A DNA stretch of 64,000 nucleotides from Octopus sinensis (Eukaryota), in the NCBI RefSeq assembly GCF_006345805.1, contig NC_043004.1, positions 45,694,001 through 45,758,000 on the forward strand. The letters run 5' to 3'. Made by a program: the position numbers and the translations under genes. The notes under the pieces were generated by a model. That model was not told the origin of the DNA. It saw only the letters and a list, made by a program, of their open reading frames with translations, and made no database searches. Below, piece by piece: positions 1 to 15,289 of this stretch. Position 1 is the first letter of the stretch; each line of letters starts with the position of its first letter.

Positions 1-71
1 CTTGAGCCTAAATCGGTTCAAAGAAGATGAAACATAGGGCTAACTAAACGAGGATAACAACAGCAACAGTA

Positions 72-427
72 GTGGAGGCGCAATGGCCCAGTGGTTAGGG
101 CAACGAACTTGCGGTCGGAGGATCGCGGTTTCGATTCCCAGACCGGGCGTTGTGTGTGTTTATTGAGTGAAAGCTCCACGAGGCTCCGGCAGGGGGTGGT
201 GGCGGCACCTGTTGTACTCTTTCGCCCTAACTTTCACTCTTTCTTCCTGTTTCTTGTCCCCGACTTCCTACGCAACCGCTGAGCCTGGATGCGCATCCAT
301 CCGTCCGTCGATGATCTTCGTGTCGGGGGTTGACCTGCTTTCTCTTCTGCGGGTCTTACGAATAGCAGAGGACCACGTTTCGGACTTCTCCCATCTTGTG
401 AGCTCTGGGACTAAGACCGTTCGCCAG
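72..427 (+). mobile_element. tRNA-headed SINE, type E, full length
   Basis: A box TGGCCCAGTGG, B box GTTTCGATTCC; 14-bp TSD caacagcaacagta at 58-71 and 428-441; sister copy at 30054. Confidence 0.9.
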
Positions 428-1405
428 CAACAGCAACAGTAACATAAGTAATAATTCTTAGAATGTCTCTGTAAACTCAGAAATCGTCAGACATATTGAA
501 ACATTTGTTATTCTCTATACATGCCTTATGTAGCTGTGGGTGCTTTTGTGGTGATATTTTTTTAATTTGGGAGGCTCTGTAGCAACCAACAGGCATCTAT
601 GTCATAAAAATGCCAAATTCTGGGTTCAATATCATGGTAGAAAGCTATGTAAATATCTGGATGTAACTGGATCGAAACCAGAAATCTTTATTTCGAAATT
701 ACCACAAAAACGTTTCTCTGAAACGCACCATTCATGTATGTAATGTGTAGGTGGTCTTATGGTTATTTAGTTGCATCCCTTACTTACATTTAAACTTCCT
801 TGTCTGACATTTACAGTTATTCTCCACATTTTTGCCTTTAAAGAAATAAGTGAAAAAAAACCCTATTCATTTGGGATTTTAACAACAGCTATAATTCTCC
901 ATTCCAGTAATTCCTTCTAAGAATGGAGCTTTCTATCTTTTCTTCCAACACACACACCAGAAGCAAAGATATGCCTCACTGGTTAAATAAACAGTCATGC
1001 GAAATATAGAGTAATATTTAAAAGGAAATTTATATAAAATTCACATTTTCTTTAAGTGCTAATCTCTGAACGAGAAAATCTGTTGTTATTCTTAAAATTT
1101 CTTCTTCAAAGAAAAAAAACTTCCTGAAATAACTTTATACATGTGAGTGTGAATGTATATATATATATATAACATAGTGGATTCTCTCTCATATTTGTAT
1201 ATATATATATATATAATTATATATATATATATATATATAATATGTGTGTTATATGTAGATCTATATATATATATATATATATAATATATATATAATATCT
1301 ATATATATGTATATAAATATATATGTATATATATATATATATAATATCTATATAAATATATATATTGTTAATTTTCGGAATGGTCATATTGCCAGTTTAA
1401 AAAAC

Positions 1406-1451
<46 letters not shown>

Positions 1452-1519
1452 TATACATACATACATACATATGATACATATGTATGCGGCGGGTCGAGTG
1501 TGTGTGTGTGTGTGTGTAT

Positions 1520-2012
1520 GTGTGTAATGTACTGTTTCGTTATTAGTAGGTGCAACAAAAGAAGTACTCCAACCAGCTAGATATAAATAGTATGTTGCCG
1601 GATATTACATGCCACGCTAAACTATAGGAAACTTATAGCATCAGAGATATAAATACTGTGTCTATGTATGTATGTGCACATTTGTATGTTTTATGTATGT
1701 ATTCTCATGCATATAGTTGCTTATCTAGACATGCTTTATATTTAAATGATAAACTCCTTGAAAGTTTTACAGATATTTACAGCTCAAGTGATTGGATCTG
1801 TAGTCTTCGAACTAGCTTTCTCCTTTCTGGTTTTGAGAAGACTAATTTCTCAAGATCGGTACATAGGAGGTGTGTTACATATCCCAAGGCACCAATAATT
1901 ACAGGTATAAACCTGAACTTGCAATCTGGATAGAGAAGCTGCAGATTTCTTAATAGTTCAGCATAGGTGTTCTCTTTTTTACTGATCTTCAGGTTTATGT
2001 TAACATTCGCTG
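1520..2012 (-). mobile_element. 3' end of a restriction-like-endonuclease (REL) non-LTR retrotransposon (ORF C-terminus plus 3' UTR)
   Basis: Peptide KENTYAELLRNLQLLYPDCKFRFIPVIIGALG carries the PVIIGALG motif typical of R2/R4/CRE-group REL C-termini. Confidence 0.75.
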
Positions 2013-2069
2013 TATGAATGAATGTAATGTATGTATGTATGTATGTATGTATGTATGTATGTATGTATG

Positions 2070-2100
<31 letters not shown>

Positions 2101-2317
2101 GTATGTATATATATATATATATGTATATAGATATACATATATATATATATGCATATGTATATATATATATATATATATAGATAAATATTTTATGATATTT
2201 TACATATAATCATTGAAGAAATATTTCTTCAAAATATAATATATTAAACCGGTGTATCTTGGATAAAATATAAGTATAAGAGGTTTAAATACCTTATTGT
2301 GACTATATGTATGTATG

Positions 2318-2395
<78 letters not shown>

Positions 2396-3087
2396 CATAA
2401 TAAGGATGGTGACGGAGAGAGTAAAAGGAAAATGCAATCATGTGAAGGATGGTGGAAGAAACAAGCATATCTATCTATACCTATATCTATATATATATAT
2501 ATAGATATATATACGCAAATTTCGAACGACGAACATGTTTGTGTGTCGTGTGTGTGATTTATATTGAATCATATCCACAGGTTGTCATATATGCACGGGC
2601 TGGGGAAGAAGACACTGAAATGAATATAACGAAAAAAGTGAGAAAATTGTGTGTGCGTGTGTTGAAGTGTGTATCAGTGTATGTATGTGTGTATATGTGT
2701 GTGCATGTGTGTATGTATGTGAATTTGTGGGTGCATGTGTGCGGCAGACAGAGTGAGAGAGAGAGAGAGAGAGAGAAGGAAAGCGAGGGAGAGGGAGAGG
2801 AAGAGGGTGAGTGAGACAATGAGACGGTTAGGGAGAGGAAGCACGTTTGAAGCGTCGGAGGTCTGCACGTTTTGATGTTGTCTAGCTGGGAGGTCGAAAG
2901 TAAACACACATATAGATAGACACCACGGAGAGAAGAGACACAACGCAAGAAAAACCACAGTGGCAGGTGCGAAAATAGATAGGGAAAAATGACTGATGTT
3001 ATTATTTTATAATAATTACAAATAATATTCTATATACATAAATCCGTATGTGTATATATGTATAAATATATAACATACATACCATAT

Positions 3088-3126
<39 letters not shown>

Positions 3127-3252
3127 ATATAGATATAAATAATATATTATATATATATATATATATAATATATATATACATACATTACATATATATATTA
3201 TATATATATATATATAAGATATATATATATATATATATATATTATATAATAT

Positions 3253-3293
<41 letters not shown>

Positions 3294-3296
3294 TAG

Positions 3297-3327
<31 letters not shown>

Positions 3328-4205
3328 GATAGATATATACATATATATATATACATATATATATAAATATAATATATAAATATATATATTATATATATAT
3401 TATATATAATATATATATAATTTTTTCTTTTCTATTGTAACTACTCCGACTCAGTCTCTGAGAATATCTATTCGCAGATTTATTAGTGAATAGGGGAGAG
3501 AGAAACATGCTGAAAACTGTAAATGTTACGTCACGTTCTGAACAACAATAACGGAGAGATAAATGTATTAAGTGTAGTTGATGGCTAAGTATGGTGCTTT
3601 GTGCTGTCTTTCCATTCAGTCCTTTGAAATAAGCTTTTCTAGTTTGGTTTCATCCTGTTTTCTGAGGTTGGTAATATCGATTCTGTTGAGTTTTAGTTTG
3701 AGTTTAAAAGCATCATGATTTGAATGCAATAGTACAGGCTACATAAATTGTATGTACGCACAGATCTAGTCACTGAAACACACGCACAAACACACATACA
3801 TATACACACGAGTACACAGAGGCAAACACACTTATGCATATATATACTCGCTGATACATCTTCACGTACGCACAGATGTGTGTGAGTGCACATGAATATA
3901 TATGAGTATATGTATATACACACACATCTGTATATATATATAGATATATAGGTAGATATATGCATATATACACACATGTATATATATATACACACATCTG
4001 TATATAAATAAATAAATATATATATACATATATATATACACACATGCACTTACTCATATTTAACTGAAGATATATATATACATAAGTATATATATATATA
4101 TATATATATTTATGTTCATACATGTTTGCGTACATGCACACAAACATACATGTATACATACATACATACATACATACACACACATATATGAGTGTATGTG
4201 TGTAT

Positions 4206-4237
<32 letters not shown>

Positions 4238-4339
4238 ATATATATATCTGTATATATGTATATATGTATGTATATATATATATACATATATATACACGCG
4301 CACATTGGTACACACGTATATATATATATATACATACCT

Positions 4340-4860
4340 TCATATATACACAGAGAAAAAGAAGAACTGCAGGCCACAGTAGGAATGAAGACGTGTGATA
4401 AAAGTGTCATGTCTGTACAAGTGGAAGCCAATGGTAACAGAAACGACAGAAAGTTTTCAAATAAACAACAAAAAGTAAAATTAAGGAGGGAGAATTGAAA
4501 TTAAACTTATCTAAACCATACAGACAGACAAGAATAATGGTGTCTGATGCTTGCTTTTGAACGTAATCTGGAATAAAGTCAAGCACAGGCCGAATATAAC
4601 GGCATTTGTATATGTAAATATATGTAAATACACAGACAGGATGTAGTCTGCAAATATTCATTTTGTGTGTCACTGTTTGAGCGTCTTATTATGTGAAATG
4701 ATTTTATATATGTGTGTGTATACCTGTATTTAAGTCTCTCTCTCTCTCTCTACACACACACTCACACAAACACACTCATATTATATATATATATACACAG
4801 ACACATATATATACAAATATACATACATATATATTTATATATATGTACATACATATTATT

Positions 4861-4932
<72 letters not shown>

Positions 4933-5070
4933 AACATGTATATACCTTATGCATGTAGAACTACATTATATATATATATAATCACGTGTATATAAAGGTA
5001 TGCATATATACGCACTGGTATATTTGTACATATAAATATATATCTGCACTCACAAGCATGCATACATATA

Positions 5071-5104
<34 letters not shown>

Positions 5105-5285
5105 CGGATGTATGTACATACGTATATAAAGACACACACGTATCAAATACAAAATATATATCATTCATAAAAACTTTATATGCGTATATATATATGTGTG
5201 TGGGTATATATATATATATATATATATATATACCCACACACATATATACAAACGCAGAAACATACACATACCACACACCATATAA

Positions 5286-5335
<50 letters not shown>

Positions 5336-6700
5336 TTGCATGCATGTATGTATGCATGTATGCATGTATGCATGTATGTATGCATGTATAGCCAGACACA
5401 CCCAGACACATATGCAGATAAACTGGTAGAGAGAGAAAAAGTGGATAGATAAACGCACAGATAAATATGTCTGTAAAAAATATTTATTTTCACAAAGGTA
5501 TCTACATATACATACATAAACATACAATTATGTAAATATGAAAATACCGACACGTTTACTGTTTCTTCACCGGCAACAACACATATTGTTATATATTCCA
5601 ATACATTTATATACACTGCTCCGTATCACCTACTGATGTAGTGAAGTCGTAAAACATTACACACTCATATATATACAAGTCTACGTTTCAGAGTCGCACT
5701 GACCAAATATCTACATGGCTGCGTATCGTATGTCTGTGAATCTATGTTCGTGTTCGGTTAAAATGTAAACGAAGGCGAGTTACAAAAAAAAAAATAAATT
5801 AATAAATACATAAATAAATAAAAATAAAAAGTAAAAAATATGTGATTAAATATGAAAAGTGAAAACTTCAGTACACGGACGTTAAGAAATGTATTTGTAT
5901 AAATGCAAATGAGAATAGAACGAGAGAGACCGAGACTACAAGCCGACAATATTTGAAGACACCATTACGGCACATTTTGTCATTATTAAATTATTTCTCG
6001 TTGGTTTGCATCTCTAATGTAGAGGGTACTGATAACCTATATAGTGTAGCAGGCTCTTTGGTCGAATAGCTATACTGAATGGCTCGCGTAAAATCAATTA
6101 AGTATAGACGTTTTATCCTTGCCAATCAGAATATTGTTTCTGCCTGGCTGTTATTAGAGGGCAAAGGTGAAGTTACACAAGTGTCTTACATTCCTAATGG
6201 CAGAAATTCAATTTGATATCGGTTAACTGTCAAAGCGTTAGGAATTCGGCTAATGATGTTGAAGCAGCATAGAAACTGCTCTGTTAGCGTCTTTCAGTTG
6301 AATAATTCAAGCTCGAAAAGGGCAAACCCTCTGTCATTTAGTCCTTAACAATTATAAAATGTCTACCTTTACATCTCTTTCAATATAAACGAATGCTTAG
6401 AACGACGTTTGTCAGAAATATTGGTGAAATTTCTTCAACATTTTATATTCTTAAATTCTATAATTTGTATAGTTACAGTACATTGTCTTTTGTCACACTA
6501 TCTGGAACATTGCTCAAGAATAATTATCAGAAAATTGATTGTAGTTCTAAGAAACGGTAAACCAATAACAAATTCATGGAACGTTATTCCGTAAACTCGT
6601 GCCGTAACTGGCAAACTTCAATAGAATCTTTAGAACGTTATAGTGAATGCTTAGAAAGCATTTATCTACAACGATTTTCGTTTTGAGTTCAAATCGCGAT
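4340..6700 (-). pseudogene. Putative decayed LRR + 7TM (LGR/GRL101-like) GPCR relic, split by microsatellites
   Basis: By-eye translation: LSIHYNVLKIL and KTLTEQFLCCFNIISRIPNALTVNRYQIEFLPLG...LARIKRLYL (LRR-like, 6.0-6.7 kb); CVVAG..VSVF (TM3-like, ~5.55 kb); FLLPLAS (TM7-like, ~4.43 kb); many stops. Confidence 0.4.
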
Positions 6701-7840
6701 ATGGTAGACTTTGTATATCATTTTTTCTGCGTTCAGTAAAATAATTTATCAATCAAGTACTGGAATCGATAGATCAGACTATTTCCAACTCAAAAATGTT
6801 GGTATGAAGACAAAAAAAAAAACAACAAAAAACAAAAACAAACAAACAAAAAACTTCCAGTACTTAATCCTTTCCCGTCTCTCTGCAGTGGTCTTAATTG
6901 GCCGGATAATTGTTGATGGATAAACATTGTGAAAATACTATTCCACCCAAAACTAACAGCCCCATCTCATAAAACTGCCCCCTTCTGGAGTATCGATGCT
7001 ATCCATACCGCCTATACCACAGTTTCACATATCACAACCACAAGATAAACCACAACTTCAACATACGTTATCACCACTGTTTCGAACTATACCACCTGTA
7101 CAGCAACTTCGCCCTACAATACAACTTCATCTTATTGTGGGTTTGGGGGAATTTTCAGGATGCAACGTTTCAAATACACTTGTCCTAGAGCGACAATATG
7201 GGGGTTTTAATTGTCAGTGAGCAATTATCCGCAAGAAGACGGCAGTGAAGTTAGACTTCAAATAATGGATTTGTTCCAATATTTGAAATCAATTAGAGCA
7301 TGGTCTTTTTCAGTTAATATTGCAAACACGGTTACTGATTTTGGCACAAGGCCATTTATTTTGAGGGAAACGGTTAATCGATGCCTTCGAACCCAGGTTT
7401 TGACTAATACTTTATTTTATCCATAACGACTAGGGGAAAGGTAAAATTGACTTTGATGAGATTTGAAGTCAGAATGTAAAGATCCGGAGCAAATATCGCA
7501 AGGTAGTTTTGCCCGACGATTTAACGAACCTGGCTTGTTCACTGCCCTGAATGAGAAATTATATTAATGTCCCTCATCCTACCTCATAGGGCAGGTATGG
7601 GCTTTCAGTTAACTAGGTTGTTCGCAAATACGTTGTTCCGAGGCCAATACCACTTCGCTGCCTGTCTCACCCATATGTTGTGACATTGGACCAGACTAAG
7701 ACTTGGTGCATGAGTTTATTTCACTACATGTATTGCTGTACTGAGCCCGACTAGCTTTGCTTGTTGTGCTCTCTCATTTATGGTCTTGAAGACCTGATGC
7801 ACGAACGTAGTAGACCAGTCTAATGAGATCATAATTAATA

Positions 7841-8048
7841 TTGGTTTCAAATTCTAGCTCCATTCAGGGTAATAAGGCTAAGTCGATTTCATTGATCCCA
7901 GTACTCAGCTTCTATTGACCCTGAAAGGATGAAAGGCAAAGTCAACCTCGGCGGAATTTGAGCTCAGAACGTACAAATGAACTCAGACGGGTAAAATGCT
8001 GCTAAACATTTTGCCCAGCGTGCTAACTATCTGTCAGCCCGCCACCTT
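7841..8048 (-). mobile_element. tRNA-headed SINE, type A
   Basis: Reverse complement has a B box (GAGCTCAAATT) and the core gactttgcctttcatcctttc; homologous to 8065, 13510, 16991, 28411. Confidence 0.85.
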
Positions 8049-8064
8049 ATAGGCTATAATTAAT

Positions 8065-8272
8065 ATTGACTTCAATTAGGCCACCAATTTTGGAGGTGGG
8101 GAGAAGTCGATTTAATCAACCCCATTGTTCAACTGGTACTCTTTTTATCCTCTGCGAAAAGTTGAAAGGCAAAGTCAACCCCGGTAGTGTTTGATTTCAG
8201 AACGTAAAGACGGACGTATTGCCGCTAAGCATATCGACCGGCATGCTAGCGAACCCGACAGCTCGTCGCCTT
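8065..8272 (-). mobile_element. SINE type A, second copy in tandem
   Basis: Same head and core as 7841-8048; 11-mer ataattaatat at 7831, 8056 and 8279. Confidence 0.85.
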
Positions 8273-10113
8273 GCGGCCATAATTAATATGGCCAACTTAA
8301 ACCAAAAGCCTTCTGCCTTATCTCATTGATTGTTGTTGTAAAAAGGCATGTAAAAAGGCAACGAAAACCTCACAAGAAATTAGATTAGACTAACAATAGA
8401 TAAAAGTCTAAATGAAAATTGCCGGTAACATATACGTACTGATAACACTCGGTTTTAATCTGGTAAACAAGCATAAAGGTAAGAGTTTACAGGTCAGTAT
8501 TTCCTTGAAATTGAGGCACAAACAGAACTTTTAAAAAATGTCTTATCTCCGACCTGAATCGTTTAACATAGAGACATAAATATTCATACTACAGGAACTG
8601 ACCATCTCTAGAAGTTGTATTGAAAGGAATATATTCAGCTCCTGCAATATGGATGAAAAATATCGCCTGTATGATATATATCTTAAGACAAAAGACAATA
8701 CTCTACGTTGGATAATAATTGATTGATTGATTGATTCTAGTTTCAGCTTATGAGCTGTGGCCATGCTGGGGCACCGCCATTGTCAGAGCCAAATTTTAAT
8801 TTCTACATTTGCTGATAAATTGAGACACATCAATCTGTCGTAGAAAACCACAATTTGAAAATGCAAAGAAATTGCAGTATACATACAGTCCATGTCATAA
8901 GGCTGATATCACAGGCCATAACAAAAAAAAAAAAAAACAACATGATAGTGTACTGATTCTTGATAGAAAAAATGCCAAAACACTACCATGCTCTGCAGAA
9001 ACGAGTTAAAAATATAAGGAATTTTATTCACTTGTGTGTTGAATTAAAACCAATTACGGCAGTTAAGAAAGTTGTCCATCGTACTGCTTCTAACTGATGC
9101 AAGTAGAGTGATAAACGACATATCTTTAAATACATTCACTTATTATCTATACAAACACATTTCAGAAAATGGCAATATCATATAAGATGCTGTTTGATAA
9201 AGTGACTGAATTGGCAGAGACGACAGAACGGCGGAAAGGCTGTGTCTTACAGTATTTTTACTGACTTTCTCTGAGTTCAAATCCTGGGGACGTCAGCTTT
9301 ATCTTTTTTTTTCTTCTCGGGGTCAAAACAAAAGTAGTAAACTAAAGCAGTAGACTGGAAGAACTGTATGACCATCGTACCGTACGCTTTTGTGTTTCCT
9401 ATTCCAGCTCTTTGCTTTCTGAGGTCAAATCCCGCTATAACATACCTGAGCAGCACACGTAGCTAGTCGCCCGGTTTAACACTACCAACTGATACCTTGG
9501 GTGCTTTTAGCAGAGTCCCTCCTGTCAAAAGCCTTCGATCAGGATTCCACTGTCAGGACACACCCACCCTTCTCTCAGATTTTCTATAAATGATCATGAG
9601 CACTTCCTCTCCTATTCACTAAAACATCCTCATATTATATTTGGCAATCCAGAACATCTATCTTAGGCTTCAAAATCATTCTTAATCTTCAACAAAAGTA
9701 TTCAGCTATGAATACTTTTAAGCTTGTTTCCTGTTTAATGTTTTTGTTTACTATGAATATATTTGAAGAATTTCTAAACACTGAGCCTGCATGCTAATAT
9801 TTTTATGTATATCCTCCAAGATCTTCCTAATTCTCGTTTCGAGATAGAAAACTTTTAATGTACCTCTCAAGCCATGAATACTAAAGGTAATAAACTGACA
9901 CTTCCTATTCAATTGTATAACTCAAACTAAACGCTTTCCACACTCAAACATAGATGTAGCACAATCAACATCCAATCAAATAACACACGACATAATCTAG
10001 ACAATTACTACCACAGAAAACCCCGCAGCTTACACAAAATACACTGAATAACACCTAACGTTAAACATATCGCATATTCTAACGCAGTCAACACTCTATA
10101 TAATAACACACTC

Positions 10114-10525
10114 GGAGCTTTTCGGTTTGAACGGCAGTTTTTAACATAATTTCTAGGTAACTAAAAAATTCTAAACTTCGTAGAATGTGTTTATAAAGCA
10201 TATTTTTCTCTTGGCTTTATTGAGAAAATTCTATAGTTTGTAATGATATTTGTTGTTTTCTTCTTCAATTTCTGCAATATTTCAACCAATCAAATACGTG
10301 TATTGAGGTAAAAAACATTCTGTGCCGTATAAATATGTCCCTCGTTTAGGAAACAGATTAGGTTTATTTACATTTGTGAAGTAAAAAAAGATACCCTTTC
10401 TCCCACTCTTAACCCTAACCCAAAAACAGATTGAAATGCAATAGATCGATTCTAGGGTCATAATTATGGGTGACAATTTCATATGACACCGATAGAAAAA
10501 ACTGCCGTTCAAACCGAAAAGATCC
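10114..10525 (+). mobile_element. MITE, 29-bp TIR ggatcttttcggtttgaacggcagttttt
   Basis: TIRs at both ends; 8-bp TSD acacactc at 10106-10113 and 10526-10533. Confidence 0.9.
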
Positions 10526-10828
10526 ACACACTCTCTTCAATAAAAGATGCTCGACAATATACGGCAAAGAAATCACACAACTTAGATTCTGCGCAGTTGC
10601 TACAGAACAACAAACCACACAGCACACAGCACGTGGTATTCTCTACAGTTACCGTCCGGCGTAACACTAATCCTGAAGCAGGCATGAAACCCAAGCACCA
10701 CCCTTAAAAATCATGATGCGACTCAAATGCGTTAAAACTCTCATGAAAACACAACGGTTGAGGTTGTAACATCAATAACAGAGGAATATATTACATATGA
10801 CATAACCAGAAAAATTTCAGTCGTAAGT

Positions 10829-11531
<703 letters not shown>

Positions 11532-11817
11532 TATTATATAAAATGAAAATATAAGTGATTTATATAGAAAATATAATGTAAAGAGAGGCATATTATAGAA
11601 TACATTATGAAAATATAAGCATTATATAAAGTATATGAGGAAATATATGGAATATAAGTTACTATAATGGAAAAAAAGCATTATATGAAATACATAGTGA
11701 AGATAGAACCCATATATATTATAAACTATCTATAATATATAAGGGTTTATATGCATTTATATACAATTATAAAATCAAAGATTAGCACCCCTATAGAAAA
11801 CCAATAAAATAAAAATG

Positions 11818-12247
11818 GGATCTTTTCGGTTTGAACGGCAGTTTTTTCAAGCGGTGTCATATGAAATTGTCACTCATAATTATGACCCTAGTATCGATCT
11901 ATTGCATTTCAATCTGTTTTAGGGTTAGGGTTAGTTAGGGTTGGGGGGAAGGGTATCTTTTTTTCTTCACAAATGTAAATAAACCCAATCTGTTTCTTAA
12001 ACGAGGGACATATTTATACGGCACAGAATGTTGTTTTTTTTTTTACCTCAATAGACGTATTTGATTGGTTGAAATTGCAGAAATTGAAGAAAAAAAAACA
12101 ACAAATATTTTACAAACTATAGAATTTTCTCAATAAAACCAAGAGGAAAAGATGTTTTATAAACACATTCTACCAGTATATGAAGTTTAAAATTTTTTAG
12201 TTTCCTGGAAATTGTGTTAAAAACTGCCGTTCAAACTGAAAAGATCC
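11818..12247 (-). mobile_element. MITE, same family as 10114, opposite orientation
   Basis: Both TIRs present; interior is the reverse complement of 10114-10525; TSD not clear. Confidence 0.85.
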
Positions 12248-12611
12248 CATGAATGTAAACACGAGTCATGGACTTTGGAAATGAGTGAGTTAGATGATTA
12301 TTTCTAAGTACATGACTCATACTTTATTGTATTAACTCCGAAGAGGTGAAAGGAAAACATTGAACTCGACAGGATTTGAACTCGGAATGTTGAGACATGT
12401 AAGAAAAACTGCAAGAATCCTGCGAATATACCAACCTGACGCCTTGAAGCCTACGTAGTAATTACAGAATGTTGAATGCATTCCGGATATAGCTAATAAA
12501 TACCCATAAAACACTTAAAAAGTTATTCTATGATTTAAGTAAATTACATAGTAAAAGTGCCTGAATAGCTCATTTAATAAACAACAGAAAAGGATTTTAA
12601 AAGCCAATACT

Positions 12612-13244
12612 GAAGGTGGATGCGTGGTTAAACATCTGCTTCCCAACCAATAAGTTCTGCGTTTAGCCCCGGTGCATGGCACCTCATACTACAACCTTGT
12701 ATTCACCAAAGCCTTGTCAATAGATTTAAAATAAATAAATGCTCCCTTTTAAAGCGCAGCCAGGCTTATGGGCCCGTTTCCCGGTTTCTATGGCGTATGT
12801 GTTCCCCAGCTGGACGGGACGCCAGTCCATCGCATCGTTACTCATTTTTGCCAGCTGAGTGGATTGGAGGAACGTGAAATTAAGTGTTTTGCTCAAGAAC
12901 ACAACGTGTCGCCCGGTCCAGGAATCGAAACCACAATTTTACGATCATTATGATGACACCCTAACCACTAAGCCACGCGCCTCTACTGTCAATAGATTTA
13001 GTAGATGGAAATGACAGAAGTCTGTCATATACATACATATGTGTATGTATGCGCCTTTGTGTCTGTTTTCTTTACTTCCCAGTAACATAGTGGTTCGTGC
13101 AAAGGACCGTTAGAATAAGTACCAGACTTAAAAAGAAAAAGATATTGAGGTCAATTCGTTCGACTAAAATTCTTGAAGGCGGTGTCCCAGCATAGCTGCA
13201 TTCGAATGGCTGAAACATGCGAAAGGTAAAAAGAAGTAAAAGAA
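12612..13244 (+). mobile_element. Older SINE type B interrupted by a type C SINE
   Basis: 5' half 12612-12728 and 3' half 12987-13244 align to type B. Confidence 0.75.
12729..12986 (-). mobile_element. tRNA-headed SINE, type C, nested insertion
   Basis: Reverse complement begins gaggcgcgtggcttagtggttagggtg, B box GTTTCGATTCC, (ATTT)n tail; 14-bp TSD tgtcaatagattta at 12715-12728 and 12987-13000. Confidence 0.9.
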
Positions 13245-13509
13245 ACGTTAAGATTTTAGAATTAAGTATGTACAACCTACTTACTATGAAATTACTCAAC
13301 GCGCCTGATACGTGCTCTCTGCATAAATTTTCAACAGATGGAATGACGGAGTGCCCCCATATAAATCGAAAAATTAGTTGGTTATTACTAAAATCCATAA
13401 ATAAAAATTGTAAGAGAAAAATGAAGGTTTTGCGTATGGTATGGACCTGATAGTAATGTGGTATTAATAGTAACCTCAGCTTCTGGAATTGTTGACTATG
13501 TGCAGCATA

Positions 13510-13713
13510 TTGGCTTAAAATTTTGGCACCAGGCCAGCAGTTTTGGAGGAATTACATCAACCCCAGTGCTTAAATGGTACTTGTTTTATCGACTCAGAAT
13601 GTATGAAAGGCAAAGTCGACCTCGGCTGAATATAAACTCTGAGCGTAAAGAAGGACGAAATGCCGCTAAGCAGTTTTTCCGGCGTGCTAAGGAGCCTAAC
13701 AGATTACCGCCTT
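13510..13713 (-). mobile_element. SINE type A
   Basis: Colinear with 7841-8048. Confidence 0.8.
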
Positions 13714-14239
13714 ACTGTGAGTAGTATACTGCAATCGTAAGTTTGAAGCAGGTACATCAAACAAGCCCGGAATAAATGAAGATAGTTGTCCAAATCCAAA
13801 CAAAGGAGTGAATCGTAGACACGAAACCAAATCCTGTAGGAAAAGAAAATTCAAAAGATCTCTCTCTCTCTCTCGCACTTTCCTCTCTCTTCCCCTCTTT
13901 CTTCTCTCTTCCCCTCTTTCTTCTCCCACTCTGTCTCCCAGTACCTCTTTTCTGATGAGCGTGAACGACTTTTAGCCACATGTCATGTAACGGGTTAAAG
14001 AGAAAGTTTATGAGCGGTTGCTTAATCTGCTATGGATAGTAGCCAAATTCACTACATCTTAAAAAAAAAAATTGCCGACCCATATTGAAATATAGTCCCT
14101 GAGGTACAAAGAAGGAAAAAATAAAATTAGTCATCGATGCAGTGCCTTTGATGACCGGTTTTATTGATCAGAGTTGATCTTTTACGAATAATAACAACAA
14201 CGATATCAACGATACGATACTAAATCATACTGGATAAGA

Positions 14240-14750
14240 ATAAAACTCTTATGGGATACAAACGGTCGCCTGCTGTAGATGGATAACCTCGATCTATAAG
14301 CTGTAGTAGAGAAAAACAGCTTGAAACTCTGTCTAATACGATACACGAATTCAGTGAATATATTAGCGTGATAGTTCGGTTTAAAGAAAATAGCCGAAGG
14401 ATATACGGTCGAGACGAGAGGAAGACTAATTAAATCTAGAGATATCATGTGAGAATAAGAAACAGTGATAAGGGAAATATATCAAAGTGAAATAAACCGA
14501 TTGCAACACACAAATGAAAGAAAAAATTAGAAAGAAACATAGATGTATTAGATTAATATTTAAAGCTAAGTGTCAACACATCTTTCTGTTAAAGTATTAC
14601 AACTATTTTCTTGTCAACTTGAAGTTAAATTTGTTTGATCAGTGTGGAAAACATTGAAAATAATGATTGCATTAAGAACAAACTACCAAAAGCTTGTATG
14701 GAGATATATTCGTAATGAAAACAAGGAAATTTGTATCTTACACCATTAGG
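14240..14750 (+). mobile_element. Decayed RT fragment, R4-like non-LTR element
   Basis: LL*MDNLDL*A at 14270-14301 resembles the HLLYMDDLKLYA catalytic motif. Confidence 0.5.
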
Positions 14751-15289
14751 AATCTGACATCAGATCGTAAGGTTTCTAAAAATAAATGCCAACAAAAATA
14801 TTACGAACAGCCTGGACAATAAATCCAATGTTTTATCACTGTTAGACATTGTAGGGTTTGGGTGACCTTTCTCAACATTTGTATTTAACTCTTTTTTATG
14901 AAGTTTATGATTAATGCGGAAAAAAATTATTAGAAGTAGCATTAATACTTTGGTATTTTTATTTTTATTGATATCACAGGTTTTATCCTGTCTAGCAGGC
15001 CATAGTTCCGTGTGAAACAGAAACATACAGTGTTTTATGCTTAATTTATATAAATAATGATGCTAAATATTGTAACGTTATGCACAGATTACAACGCTAA
15101 ATGAAAAGGCAAGAAAGAGGGGAAGAGAGAGGAAAGATGATCTTTATTTACAAAGCTTGTCCTTCTTTATCAGATGTAATCGAATAGTGTTAATATATGT
15201 CACGATTAAACGAGCTGAGCAGAAAAGGTAAAGAAAAACTAGAGAGCAAAGGAAGGAAAAATCAAGCAATGATCAACAATATGGTTTTC

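Noticed and set aside
72-150. tRNA gene calls for the A/B-box heads (also 20315, 30054, 46025, 50178)
   Set aside because: Heads run into SINE cores and tails with TSDs and lack a complete cloverleaf and poly-T terminator
9430-10110. Possible decayed LINE ORF on the minus strand
   Set aside because: No diagnostic motif could be recovered by eye
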